From Candidatus Enterousia sp. (lineage in GTDB: Bacteria > Pseudomonadota > Alphaproteobacteria > Rs-D84), in assembly GCA_045546155.1 (NCBI GenBank), contig JAZQCG010000002.1, forward strand, positions 74,533-138,532: a stretch of DNA of 64,000 nt, in the 5' to 3' direction. This document shows, one piece after another, positions 8,721-19,620 of the stretch. Positions within the stretch are counted from its first letter, which is position 1. Every line of letters begins with the position of its first letter. The notes below the pieces were generated by a model. That model was not told the DNA's origin. It was given only the letters and a program-made list of their open reading frames with translations, and did not search any database. The translations under genes and the position numbers were made by a program.

Positions 8721-10474
8721 ATGCGTGCCCCAAATCCAATTTTCTTTGAAAATCCAGCCGTCTGGCGCACAGATAACAATTCATCGATTTTATCGCATGT
8801 AAATTCAGTGCGCACATCTTCGGCATTGTTTTCCAATAACGCGCGTCGCAAGATTGCGGTTAATTCGCGCTGTAATTGGCGCACGCCCTGTTCGGATGTA
8901 TAGTTTTGAATAATATGACGGATTGCATCATCAGATATAACGATGTTTTCCATATTCCATCCGGTGTCACGCGCCGCGCGCTTGATTAAATGTTCACGTG
9001 CAATCTGAACTTTTTCTTCGGTCGAGTATCCTGGGATTTCAATGATTTCCATACGGTCTTTTAACGCGTTTGATAGATTCAAACTGTTTGCAGTTGCAAT
9101 AAACAAAACGTTTGATAAATCAAAGTCAACCTCCAAATAATGGTCACGGAAAGCCTTGTTTTGTTCCGGGTCCAGAATTTCTAGTAACGCAGATTCTGGG
9201 TCGCCGCGCCAATCGCGTCCCATTTTATCGATTTCATCTAAAACGATAACTGGATTATTTGATTTACAGCGCTTTAACGCATCCATGATGCGTCCCGTTT
9301 GTGCACCGATATAAGTTTTGCGATGACCACGGAAATGCGCTTCATCTGACACCCCGCCCAGGGATATTCGCTGATATTTGCGTCCCAGTGCTGTTGCGAT
9401 TGATTTCCCCAGTGATGTTTTCCCAACACCTGGCGCACCAACAAAGCATAAAATCGATCCCTGATTAGATTTAGTCTTTTTCATAACCGCAATGTGTTCT
9501 AAAATGCGTTCTTTGACACCGCGCATGCCCGAGTGTTCAGAATCCAGAACCCCACGCGCCACGCTTAAATCAATTTGCGATTTATCAGATTTGTTCCATG
9601 GCATCGCCAATAATTCATCCAGATAGGTCTTTAATAAACCGCCTTCGTTTGACATTGGTGACATAGATTTCATACGCTTCCACTCTGCCAGTGCTTTTTC
9701 TTTAGCATCGCGGGGCAGGTGGGATTTTTCAATCCGTTTGCGAATGTTTTCTGTATCCATTTCCAAGTCGTCTTCACCCATTTCGCGTTGGATAGCGCGC
9801 ATTTTTTCTTGCAAGATTGCCTCGCGTCGACCTTTTTCCATTTGCTGATGGATACGTTTGTTAATAGATTCTTCTATTTTTGCTGTTTCCACCACCAGGT
9901 TTACTTGTTCCAAAAGGATGATTAGCTTTTCCCGCCACGATGTCGCCCCCAATATTTTCAAGGCAGGCTCGACATCCATTTCAATTGCTTGGACAACAAA
10001 ATCTATAAATGCTGGTAATGGATAGTTTGCAACAACATTGCGCAGCTTTTCAATTTTGAATTTCTTTGTTCCGGCCAAAAATTGCATGTTTTCTGCGATT
10101 CTATCACGCAGTGCAATTGTTTGCTCGTGGTTTGTATCATCTTGGATTGCGATTGTTTCAACATCCCCAACAAAGATGCCGTCTTCGGTAACGACGTTGC
10201 TAATTTTGACCGCATCTGTTGTATGAACAATTGCATGTACTGCGCCATCTGGCATGCGCAAAATTTGAACAATGTCGCCAATTGTTCCAATATCATAAAT
10301 GTCCTTTGGGCTGGATGGATAATTCCATGTGCGCTGCGCCACCAATACCAATCGCTGCCCCGTCTTGCCAGCGGATTCAATACACGTGATGGATGTTTTG
10401 TTATCGATGAACACCGGTACAGTCAGTCCCGGATGCACCACAAAGTCGCGAAACGGTAAAATATATTCTTTCAT
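8717..10474 (-). CDS. Lon-like ATPase: LonA-type N-terminal substrate-binding domain plus AAA+ module, with no S16 peptidase domain
   Basis: Walker A GAPGVGKTS, Walker B VIVLDEIDK, sensor motifs, and a Lon N-domain (PFRDFVVHPGLTVPVFI). The protein ends at ...KKIGFGARI, where the protease domain would begin. Confidence 0.8.
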   Translation of the reverse strand: MKEYILPFRDFVVHPGLTVPVFIDNKTSITCIESAGKTGQRLVLVAQRTWNYPSSPKDIYDIGTIGDIVQILRMPDGAVHAIVHTTDAVKISNVVTEDGIFVGDVETIAIQDDTNHEQTIALRDRIAENMQFLAGTKKFKIEKLRNVVANYPLPAFIDFVVQAIEMDVEPALKILGATSWREKLIILLEQVNLVVETAKIEESINKRIHQQMEKGRREAILQEKMRAIQREMGEDDLEMDTENIRKRIEKSHLPRDAKEKALAEWKRMKSMSPMSNEGGLLKTYLDELLAMPWNKSDKSQIDLSVARGVLDSEHSGMRGVKERILEHIAVMKKTKSNQGSILCFVGAPGVGKTSLGKSIATALGRKYQRISLGGVSDEAHFRGHRKTYIGAQTGRIMDALKRCKSNNPVIVLDEIDKMGRDWRGDPESALLEILDPEQNKAFRDHYLEVDFDLSNVLFIATANSLNLSNALKDRMEIIEIPGYSTEEKVQIAREHLIKRAARDTGWNMENIVISDDAIRHIIQNYTSEQGVRQLQRELTAILRRALLENNAEDVRTEFTCDKIDELLSVRQTAGFSKKIGFGARI

Positions 10475-10535
10475 AGCTGACTAAATATAATACATTTTGT
10501 GAATAATTCAAGAACTATGAAATCCCACTGCATAT

Positions 10536-10568
10536 AAAAAAATCCCCCGTCTGGGGGACTTTTTTTAA
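10536..10568 (-). terminator. rho-independent terminator (CCCCC-gtct-GGGGG hairpin plus T-run)
   Basis: Hairpin seen in sequence downstream of the small membrane protein gene. Confidence 0.6.
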
Positions 10569-10801
10569 CGACGACGGTTGTGACCGCCAAAACTGCCATG
10601 TTGGGCGCTGTTGCTGGAACGTTTTGATAAATAACGTGCTGCAATTAAAACCAGCCATTCTAACGACAAAGCCGCCAAGCCCATCAATGTATTTTCAATA
10701 CCGTTCATCCAACCCAATACATAAACCAATTGGGCAACAAAAGAAATGTATAAAACACCGAAAATACCGGTAAAGAATACTTTTTTGATTTTTCCAAACA
10801 T
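10565..10801 (-). CDS. small membrane protein (78 aa, two predicted TM helices)
   Basis: Hydrophobic segments. The ORF is followed by a terminator. Confidence 0.4.
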   Translation of the reverse strand: MFGKIKKVFFTGIFGVLYISFVAQLVYVLGWMNGIENTLMGLAALSLEWLVLIAARYLSKRSSNSAQHGSFGGHNRRR

Positions 10802-10837
10802 TTTCTTGTCCTTATGTTCCGTTTTTATAATAAATTA

Positions 10838-11180
10838 AAAATGCCGGGTTTCTGGTGCCATGTACCCGGCGAACACCGCAATTGCTTAAACGAATACGGT
10901 CAACAATCGCCAACCATATTCAACGCCATAATTAGGCAGCCATTGCAAGGCGAACGTTGTCGTTCGCAGCGATTCTATCGCCATTCAGTTTTTAGTTGGC
11001 TTTTAACGACACCACGTCGGATTCACCCAGTTTGTCTTTCATCATCTGTCGAATCTATGTCAGCCCCATAACCAAATATGACCATAAATCATATCAGGTA
11101 ATGGTGGAGCTGTGGGGTACTGCCCCCCAGTCCATAATGACTATTTCACAACGGATTCAGAATCATCATCGTTTGCACGA
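10838..11180 (-). ncRNA. ssrA: tmRNA (ssrA), two-piece permuted alphaproteobacterial type. Acceptor piece is about 11180..11102 (ends GCTCCACCA). Coding piece starts with GGGGCTGACATAGATTCGACAG at 11067 and runs to about 10838. Tag ORF reads (A)ANDNVRLAMAA-stop.
   Basis: 5' GGGGCTG pairs with 3' CAGCTCC-A-CCA including a G3:U70 wobble. Tag reading frame GCT GCG AAC GAC AAC GTT CGC CTT GCA ATG GCT GCC TAA. Terminator hairpin GCCGGGT..ACCCGGC plus T-run at 10841..10870. Confidence 0.7.
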
Positions 11181-11187
11181 CCCCAAG

Positions 11188-11216
11188 ATTATAGTCTTTT
11201 ACACTGGAAATTGCAA
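11188..11216 (-). promoter_or_regulatory. sigma70-type promoter TTGCAA-N17-TATAAT driving the tmRNA precursor
   Basis: Perfect -10 and near-consensus -35 with 17-nt spacer, about 8 nt upstream of the acceptor-piece 5' end. Confidence 0.5.
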
Positions 11217-11249
11217 GTTTTTAGATTATAATGAATTCAAAAGGTATAA

Positions 11250-12756
<1,507 letters not shown>

Positions 12757-12831
12757 TTTTTTTGATTTTTACTGCTTTCTCTGCTAGAATTTTTCTACGA
12801 ACAAAACCAAAAACAGAAGGAGAAGTACACA

Positions 12832-13455
12832 ATGGTATCATTAAAAGGTACACAAACAGAAAAAAATCTGTTAATTGCATTTGCTGGTGAATCCCAGGCA
12901 CGTAATCGTTATACATTCTTTGCGTCTGCTGCAAAAAAAGAAGGCTATCAGGCTATTTCTAAAATCTTTCTGGAAACAGCAGACCAAGAAAAAGAACATG
13001 CATCACGTTTGTTTAAGTTCCTAGAAGGGGGCGATTTAGAAATCACAGCATCTTTCCCAGCGGGCAAAATTGGCACAACATTGGAAAATTTGCAGGCTGC
13101 TGCGTATGGTGAACACGAAGAAAACACCGAAATGTATCCAAAATTTGCACAAATTGCCGCCCAAGAAGGCTTTCCTGCAATTGCTGAAATTTTAAAGAAT
13201 ATCGGCTATGCGGAACGTTATCATGAATCTCGCTTCCGTGCGCTGGTCGAAGCGATTGAAAACGACACATTGTTCAAACAGGATAATATTGTTATGTGGC
13301 GTTGTACAAACTGTGGCATGTGGCACATTGGAACAGAAGCACCAAAAGTATGTCCTGCGTGCTTGCATGAACAAGGCTATTTCATCAGCGAAGGCACAAC
13401 ATCACGTTGTGACACGAACGAAGGGTTCTGTGAATACAGCGTTATCGATGACTAA
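12832..13455 (+). CDS. rbr: rubrerythrin with C-terminal rubredoxin-like CxxC..CxxC domain
   Basis: Di-iron E..E..H ferritin-like motifs. CTNCG...CPAC. Strong RBS AAGGAGAAG. Confidence 0.8.
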   Translation: MVSLKGTQTEKNLLIAFAGESQARNRYTFFASAAKKEGYQAISKIFLETADQEKEHASRLFKFLEGGDLEITASFPAGKIGTTLENLQAAAYGEHEENTEMYPKFAQIAAQEGFPAIAEILKNIGYAERYHESRFRALVEAIENDTLFKQDNIVMWRCTNCGMWHIGTEAPKVCPACLHEQGYFISEGTTSRCDTNEGFCEYSVIDD

Positions 13456-13457
13456 TC

Positions 13458-13490
13458 AAAAAATCCCGCAAACGCGGGATTTTTTATTTT
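13458..13490 (+). terminator. rho-independent terminator AATCCCGCAAACGCGGGATT plus T-run
   Basis: Seen in sequence. Confidence 0.7.
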
Positions 13491-13939
13491 TCTAATCTGT
13501 CCAAAATTTTATCTAATTTGCGCAGCGAGCTATTCGCACACCCACGTCCACGCCATGTTAAGATTTCCTCGCCGGACTGCTGATTGACAATGGATACATT
13601 GAAATTCCACCACCAAAATCCGTTAAGTGCGCACCAGATTGGACGAAATTTTTCTTCGCGTTCCGATATAGTTAATAAATAATGTGCATTTGCCGGGATT
13701 TCAAAGCGTTCATAGTCTGCAATATCTGTTTCAATAATGTTGTTTGTGCTTTTTACTTTGCCGATTTTTATGTTGTATCCACGTTGTTGCAGGCGTTCTT
13801 TGGTCGCCTGACGCATATTATATCCCCCGCGTGTAGTATAGATATCTTGTGTTTTATCCAACGTTCCGGGTTTCATATGTACGTGATTGCACGCGCCCAG
13901 AATCCCAACCATCATTAATAACATCAAATTACGAAACAT
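13484..13939 (-). CDS. hypothetical lipoprotein (signal peptide plus LGAC lipobox)
   Basis: MFRNLMLLMMVGILGAC N-terminus. Confidence 0.5.
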   Translation of the reverse strand: MFRNLMLLMMVGILGACNHVHMKPGTLDKTQDIYTTRGGYNMRQATKERLQQRGYNIKIGKVKSTNNIIETDIADYERFEIPANAHYLLTISEREEKFRPIWCALNGFWWWNFNVSIVNQQSGEEILTWRGRGCANSSLRKLDKILDRLEK

Positions 13940-14050
13940 ATCTTAAAATCCTCTTTTTTTAGAATCTTATGATAAATTATTAATCGGGTGCAAGTAAATT
14001 ATACATTGTGTAACAAAAAATAAAACCGACCAAATGGTCGGCGGTAATTC

Positions 14051-14127
14051 TGGCGCACCCGGCGCGATTCGAACGCGCAATCCCCGCCTTCGGAGGGCGA
14101 TGCTCTATCCAATTAAGCCACGGGTGC
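14051..14127 (-). tRNA. tRNA-Arg (anticodon CCG)
   Basis: Cloverleaf with acceptor GCACCCG/CGGGTGC, anticodon loop CTCCGAA, T-arm GGTTCGAATCC and 3' CCA. A terminator hairpin (CCGACC..GGTCGG) follows. Confidence 0.85.
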
Positions 14128-14175
14128 ATCAAACGGTATTATAAATATTTACAATAAAATTGCAAGTGGGGTGGG

Positions 14176-15039
14176 TTATTTTGTCTTGCTTCTAAGATTT
14201 TTTCTGCAGTTTCGTATCGATGATATAAATGCTTGCTTCTTCTTAATCAATTTTAGACCTGTGCGTATAAATTTCCGGTCCAGTTTGCGGTGTGTAATAC
14301 TGTCATAGTAATCCATTAGTTCTTCGGACAGGTCGGGTAATGGAAATGATTCCAATATTGATATCATTGCGAACTCTTCGGATGCCAGCGCAATTCCTGT
14401 TACATCAATAATCTGGTCCAGACTGCCATCATCTTTGCAAATTATATTAGCAGGTTTCAGATCACAGTGAACCAAATGAATATTGTGCCATTGTGACAGT
14501 ATCTTTATCATTGTACTATAAATATTTGTCAGGAATTTTGGACGTGCCACGGGTGCGGTAATTTTATATACATCCGAAAAATATTTCCCCACAGATGAAT
14601 AAGAATATGCATCGTCTAAGCTGCACTCGGCCAATTTTGCTTGAATGTCCAAGGCTTGTTTATATGTCTCAAAAATTCTGTCGTCGCCGATATGGCTTTT
14701 TATATGCTGGGCCAATGTTCGATTTGGGTTAAAATCATAGACCTCGTACCATTGTGCAAAATATCCATTGATACTTATTTTTGGAATTGGAATTCCTTTT
14801 TGCGTCAGGCGCTCTGACACACTTCTGTCGCGCGCTGCAATACTGGAATCTACAAATTTACAGATTATCGGCCCGCGTTTACGCGTTTCAACAACGAATA
14901 CAGGCTTTGTCACCGAACAACCGTCAGGTGTACGGATGTTCGTTGCGTATGGAAAACTGTTTTTTATCGCAGTGTGAAAAAAATTAGAGCTACTTTCTGT
15001 GTCCATTTTTTGTATCCTGGGGCTGTATATTCTAGACAC
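14176..15039 (-). CDS. putative protein kinase-fold protein (ePK-like catalytic loop HCDLKPANI)
   Basis: HxDLKPxN catalytic-loop motif. 287 aa. No canonical DFG motif (IDVTG instead). Confidence 0.5.
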   Translation of the reverse strand: MSRIYSPRIQKMDTESSSNFFHTAIKNSFPYATNIRTPDGCSVTKPVFVVETRKRGPIICKFVDSSIAARDRSVSERLTQKGIPIPKISINGYFAQWYEVYDFNPNRTLAQHIKSHIGDDRIFETYKQALDIQAKLAECSLDDAYSYSSVGKYFSDVYKITAPVARPKFLTNIYSTMIKILSQWHNIHLVHCDLKPANIICKDDGSLDQIIDVTGIALASEEFAMISILESFPLPDLSEELMDYYDSITHRKLDRKFIRTGLKLIKKKQAFISSIRNCRKNLRSKTK

Positions 15040-15060
15040 ATTGTGTATAAAGTCAAGTTT

Positions 15061-16132
15061 TTATGCGCGTTGCAACAGACTTAACATAAAATCATCTAAA
15101 TCCCCATCCAGAACCGCATCAGAGTCTGTTTTTTCAACACCCGTGCGAACGTCTTTGACTAATTGATATGGGTACAAGACATAGTTTCTAATTTGGCTGC
15201 CCCACTCAATCTTCTTTTGTTGTGCAAGTGCGGCATTTTCTTCTTCTGCGCGCTTTTGCATTTCCAATTCGTACAGTTTGCTGCGCAGCATTTTCATTGC
15301 CATTTCCTTGTTTTGAATCTGGCTGCGTTCATTTTGACATGTGACAACCGTATTTGTTGGAATATGTGTAATGCGAACAGCGCTGTCTGTTTTGTTGACG
15401 TGTTGCCCGCCAGCGCCCGACGAACGATATGTATCAATGCGCAGGTCTTTGTCGTTTATTTCGATTTCAATTGTGTCATCAACGTCGGGCCATACGTCCA
15501 CGGATGCAAAGCTGGTTTGGCGTTTGCCGTTTGCGTTAAACGGTGATATGCGCACCAATCGATGAACGCCAATCTCGTTCTTTAGCCAGCCATATGCGCG
15601 ATCGCCAGATATACGATATGTGATGTTTTTGATGCCGGCTGTGTCGCCTTCATGTTCTTCTATGACTTCGTATGTAAAGCCGTGACGTTCTGCCCATCGT
15701 GCGTACATCCGCGACAGCATTTGTGCCCAATCTTGGGCTTCTGTTCCACCTGCGCCGGCCTGAATAAATAAAAAAGCACCATTGTTATCGGCGGGTTCAC
15801 GGAACAGGGTAATGAATTTTGCGTTATGTGCATCATTGCTTAATGCTTCAATGCCTGCGATTACGTCTGTGTCGTCTGGGGCGATTTGATATAATTCGCT
15901 TAAATTTTTATACTCGGATTCCAGATGCTGTAATTCAGCCAAAGACTTTTCCAACCCGGACTTTTTTTGCAAGATTGCACGTGCGGTATCTGGATTGTTC
16001 CATAAATCAGGATTGTTTACTTGGATATTCAGCTCATCGATTTGTTTTTGCAACTTTTCAGGGTCAAAGAAACCCCCTTACGGCAGAAATGTCGTCGGAA
16101 ATTTGTGATAAAACTTCATTAACCATAATCAT
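15061..16132 (-). CDS. prfB: peptide chain release factor 2, requires programmed +1 frameshift at CTT TGA C (stop at 16065..16067)
   Basis: ORF0 MIMVNEVLSQISDDISAVRGFL ends at UGA, preceded by internal SD AGGGGG. The +1 frame continues DPEKLQKQIDEL... with the SPF and GGQ motifs (SGAGGQHVNKTDSAVR). Confidence 0.85.
16060..16082 (-). promoter_or_regulatory. prfB autoregulatory +1 recoding site (AGGGGG-TTT-CTT-TGA-C)
   Basis: Seen in sequence. This is the classic RF2 frameshift cassette. Confidence 0.8.
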
Positions 16133-16235
16133 AGCCCAAATCTTAACACGGATTTTATTTGAATCAATTAAAATTAAAACAATGTTTGCGTTTTTTTACC
16201 CAATATGATAAAATCAACACAACGAGAGGGACTCT

Positions 16236-17487
16236 AATGAACAAATTTCTGATGTTTTTTGGGCTGTTTGGCCTGTGTTTCGGTGCTTTTGATGCAAGTG
16301 CGGCTACAATGGGGACGGTAAATTCTGCTAATTCGGCATCAAATTCACGCAGTATTTCTATGTATACCCCAAGCGCGGACGGGGCACGTGGAAACAAAGG
16401 GATTGCCAACGCGTACAAGCAAAATCAACGTAATACTTACTATATGGTAACCCAGCCAGACGTTGATACAGCGTGTCGTGAAAAGATTTTTGCATGTTTG
16501 TCTGATTATTGTGGCGATTTAACCGTTGTTCCTGGCCAGCGTGCATCAAAATGTCAATATGCAACGGAATCTGAATTATATAACTATACTTTGTTATGCC
16601 TGCAGAAGGATAATTCTGTGTTATTGCCGCAATATAACGTTAACACAATCAACAGTCCTGGCGCAATGAATACGGCGGCTCGTTTGTGTCCTGCGTATGT
16701 TCAGCAAGAATTGATGTCGTACTTATCAATGGCAAATATGGCGGATAAATTGTCTAAGTCTAATTCGGATTTGTGTTTGCAACGTCGCCAAGAATTAGAG
16801 GCTGCAATGGCATGTCATTCTATTGCGCTTGCGTACGGCAATGAAACGGCCAGTATGCTGACAACGCAATTAACTGACTATTGTGGTGCTGGTATCCCAG
16901 GGGGCAGTGCTGAAATGGTTTCACGCTTTGCAAATGCTGGAAACGTTGGCGCTAATATCTGGGGGTGGGCTGAAAAAATCGTAAGCTTGAACCTTAATGA
17001 AAAAGGTGCAGATTGGCAAGCCGCCGTTGATGCTGTTTTAGCAGGCTATACAAATCGTATGAATTTGGCATGTGGTGACAATTTGCAATTAAATACAGCC
17101 GCGCATGCAACCGGTTCGTCCCAGCCAACAACGCTACAAACCGTAGCGGCACTGGCGGTTGGCACGGCGTTTCCAACAACAAATAACGTTGTTCAGAATC
17201 CATATGAAACCCAGTCCGTGTTTATGGAAATCGAGTCGCGTTCAGAATTGTGGAACTATGACACCGCATATCAGGTGGTTCAGGCCGGTTTAACCAATAA
17301 TGCATTAACCCAAAATGCGTTTTTAACCAGTGCGCAAATGGATGATATGCAGACCGCATACAAACGTGGGACAAAAGTATTTATTATTCGTGACAGTGCA
17401 CGTTGCTATACGATACCGGTGGCACAACTATCTCAGACTGAAACATCGATGGTGGCGCAATCCTTCGCAAATTGTATCAGCAAATAA
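16236..17487 (+). CDS. secreted Cys-rich hypothetical protein. Shares a CRExxxxC...C.C module with the 53415..55793 protein.
   Basis: Signal peptide MNKFLMFFGLFGLCFGAFDASAA. Start trimmed from ORF 16159. Confidence 0.5.
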
Positions 17488-17536
17488 TTTAACCCCCGCC
17501 AAAATGGCGGGATATTTTTTATTCCTATCTATGCGC

Positions 17537-17565
17537 TTGAACGGTGAGCCAAATTTTGGTATAAT
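17537..17565 (+). promoter_or_regulatory. sigma70-type promoter TTGAAC-N17-TATAAT immediately upstream of amiC
   Basis: Seen in sequence. The -10 ends about 8 nt before the ATG at 17573. Confidence 0.4.
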
Positions 17566-17572
17566 GTTGCAC

Positions 17573-18742
17573 ATGAAAATATCGCGCCGTGGCATTTTAA
17601 AAATAACTGGATTTGGTGTGTTGGCTTTGACTGCATTGCCACGCATGGCATTTGCAGCGCGCAATTCGTTGCGCTCTTTACGTACCGGTGTGCAACCGGG
17701 CGGTAAAACGCGCTTGGTTATTGAAACGGCAACACGTCCATCGTATTCGCTGTCATATCCAGCAAACCAATTAATTGTTACACTATCAAACACAGCGGCA
17801 AACACGGGAATAAGTCCGAAACTTGCATCTGGAACACTTGTGAAATCTTTGGCCCAGGCACAATCGGGCGATACATTGCAAATTATTGTAAACCTTAATA
17901 AATCAATTGCTGCGATTCAGAAATCTCAAATCATGGTTCTAGAACCCAATGGTGATAATGATTATCGCTTGGTCTTGGATTTTGTGGCGGGTACAACTGG
18001 TGTCACAACGGCGCCCGCTGCCCCAACCGCCAGTGTCAGCACTAAGAAGACATCTGCACCTGCAAAAAAGTATGTCGTTGTTATTGATGCAGGCCACGGT
18101 GGCAAAGATCCAGGCTGTATCGGGCGGGGGGGAACGCGTGAAAAAGATGTTGTTTTATCCGTTGCGCGCAAATTAAAGACCCAGTTGGACAATAATGGTT
18201 TTAAAACACATTTAACCCGTTCGGGCGATACGTATTTGAAATTGGCGGAACGTGCTGCGATTGCTGAAAAAAAGAAGGCTGATTTATTTATTTCCTTGCA
18301 TGCAAACGCAAACCCCAGCCGCGCTATGAAGGGTTTTTCAATTTATACCTTGTCTGAAAAGGCATCTGACGAAGAAGCAAAAAAACTGGCTGAGGCTGAA
18401 AACGCCGCCGATAAAATCGGGGTAGAGGGCTTTACCGAATTCGAAGAAAATATTCGTATCGCACTGTCTTCGTTACAGCAACACGCCGTCGCAGAAATGA
18501 GCGAAGAATACGCCACCGGCGCGGCACGTGCGTTTAAAAACAAATCTATAACGCAACAGCCTGGTCCGGATGTTCGTCATGCGCCGTTTGCGGTATTGCG
18601 CTCTACTGTGCCGGGTGCATTATTGGAATTGGGGCATTTGTCGAACTCTGCCGAAGAAAAATTGTTAAAAACATCTGCGCACCAAGATAAATTGGTCGCC
18701 GCCATTGTTAAATCAGTGAAAAACTATAATTTTGATGTTTAA
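17573..18742 (+). CDS. amiC: N-acetylmuramoyl-L-alanine amidase (AmiC-like, Tat signal)
   Basis: Tat motif SRRGILK. Amidase_3 motifs VVIDAGHGG, SLHANA. Confidence 0.8.
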   Translation: MKISRRGILKITGFGVLALTALPRMAFAARNSLRSLRTGVQPGGKTRLVIETATRPSYSLSYPANQLIVTLSNTAANTGISPKLASGTLVKSLAQAQSGDTLQIIVNLNKSIAAIQKSQIMVLEPNGDNDYRLVLDFVAGTTGVTTAPAAPTASVSTKKTSAPAKKYVVVIDAGHGGKDPGCIGRGGTREKDVVLSVARKLKTQLDNNGFKTHLTRSGDTYLKLAERAAIAEKKKADLFISLHANANPSRAMKGFSIYTLSEKASDEEAKKLAEAENAADKIGVEGFTEFEENIRIALSSLQQHAVAEMSEEYATGAARAFKNKSITQQPGPDVRHAPFAVLRSTVPGALLELGHLSNSAEEKLLKTSAHQDKLVAAIVKSVKNYNFDV

Positions 18743-18772
18743 AAATCCCGCAAAACGCGGGATTTTTTATTT
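18740..18772. terminator. bidirectional terminator AATCCCGCAAAACGCGGGATT
   Basis: Between convergent amiC and the 18767..18976 ORF. Confidence 0.7.
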
Positions 18773-18976
18773 TACATGCATTTGTGTTTGTTCTTTGATG
18801 AATTTGCCCAGGGCGGTTATTGTCCCAGCCCCCAGTCCCACGACAACATTGCCGGGTTTTAATGTGGGGATTATTTGCTTCGCGACTTCGTCTATTTTTC
18901 CTGGCATATATTCGAATTTAGCCAGACCGCTCATCCCGATACCACCAATGGCAATAAAATGATATTTCTTTAACAT
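18767..18976 (-). CDS. 69-aa ORF resembling the N-terminal nucleotide-binding segment of a Mur ligase (MurC-like HFIAIGGIGMSGLA); possible gene remnant
   Basis: Short ORF. The motif resembles the MurC N-terminus, but no ligase body follows. Confidence 0.25.
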   Translation of the reverse strand: MLKKYHFIAIGGIGMSGLAKFEYMPGKIDEVAKQIIPTLKPGNVVVGLGAGTITALGKFIKEQTQMHVK

Positions 18977-19069
18977 GTTAACCCTTTAAATTATATGGTG
19001 CAGTTTATTATATCGTGATGATATGTCAACGTTTTTGTAAAACAAAACCCGCATATTGCGGGTAATTTC

Positions 19070-19159
19070 TGGCGGAGCAGAAGGGATTTGAACCCTTGAT
19101 AGAGTTGCCCCTATACACGATTTCGAGTCGTGCGCATTCAACCACTCTGCCACTGCTCC
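19070..19159 (-). tRNA. tRNA-Ser (anticodon CGA), long variable arm
   Basis: 90 nt. Anticodon loop CTCGAAA. T-arm GGTTCAAATCC. 3' CCA. Terminator hairpin at 19044..19068. Confidence 0.85.
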
Positions 19160-19243
19160 TGTGTGCGCCATTATAACCATGCTGGGATTATTTTGCAAGG
19201 GTTATTATTTGACTTTTAAATCCCATTTGCTAGAATTTTTCAC

Positions 19244-19588
19244 ATGGAAAAAACATTTAATGAAAAGGTTTATGATACTGTCGCGCGCATACCGTATGGG
19301 CGTGTTGCGACGTTTGGTCAAATTGCGCAAATTATTGGTCGTCCGCGCATGGCACGTTTTGTAGGCTATGCATCAAATAATAAGAACAGCTGGCATTTGC
19401 CGTGGCATCGTGTCGTGTTCAAGGATGGTTCGCTGTGCTGTGGTATGGCAACAGAACAATACCGCGCTTTGAAGTCTGAGGGGGTAAAATTCGACACTGA
19501 CAAGCGTGTTGTAATGTCAGAATATCAATGGGACCCCGAACGTGATACTGTGCCATTGGAATTAAAAGATTTACCGCTGATATTTTGA
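19244..19588 (+). CDS. alkyltransferase-like protein (ATL; MGMT DNA-binding fold with Trp replacing the active-site Cys: PWHRV)
   Basis: IPYGRVATFGQIA...LPWHRVV. Confidence 0.7.
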   Translation: MEKTFNEKVYDTVARIPYGRVATFGQIAQIIGRPRMARFVGYASNNKNSWHLPWHRVVFKDGSLCCGMATEQYRALKSEGVKFDTDKRVVMSEYQWDPERDTVPLELKDLPLIF

Positions 19589-19590
19589 TA

Positions 19591-19620
19591 AAAAAATCGG
19601 GTTTAACCCGATTTTTATTT
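19591..19620. terminator. bidirectional terminator AAATCGGGTTTAACCCGATTT
   Basis: Between convergent genes. Confidence 0.6.
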
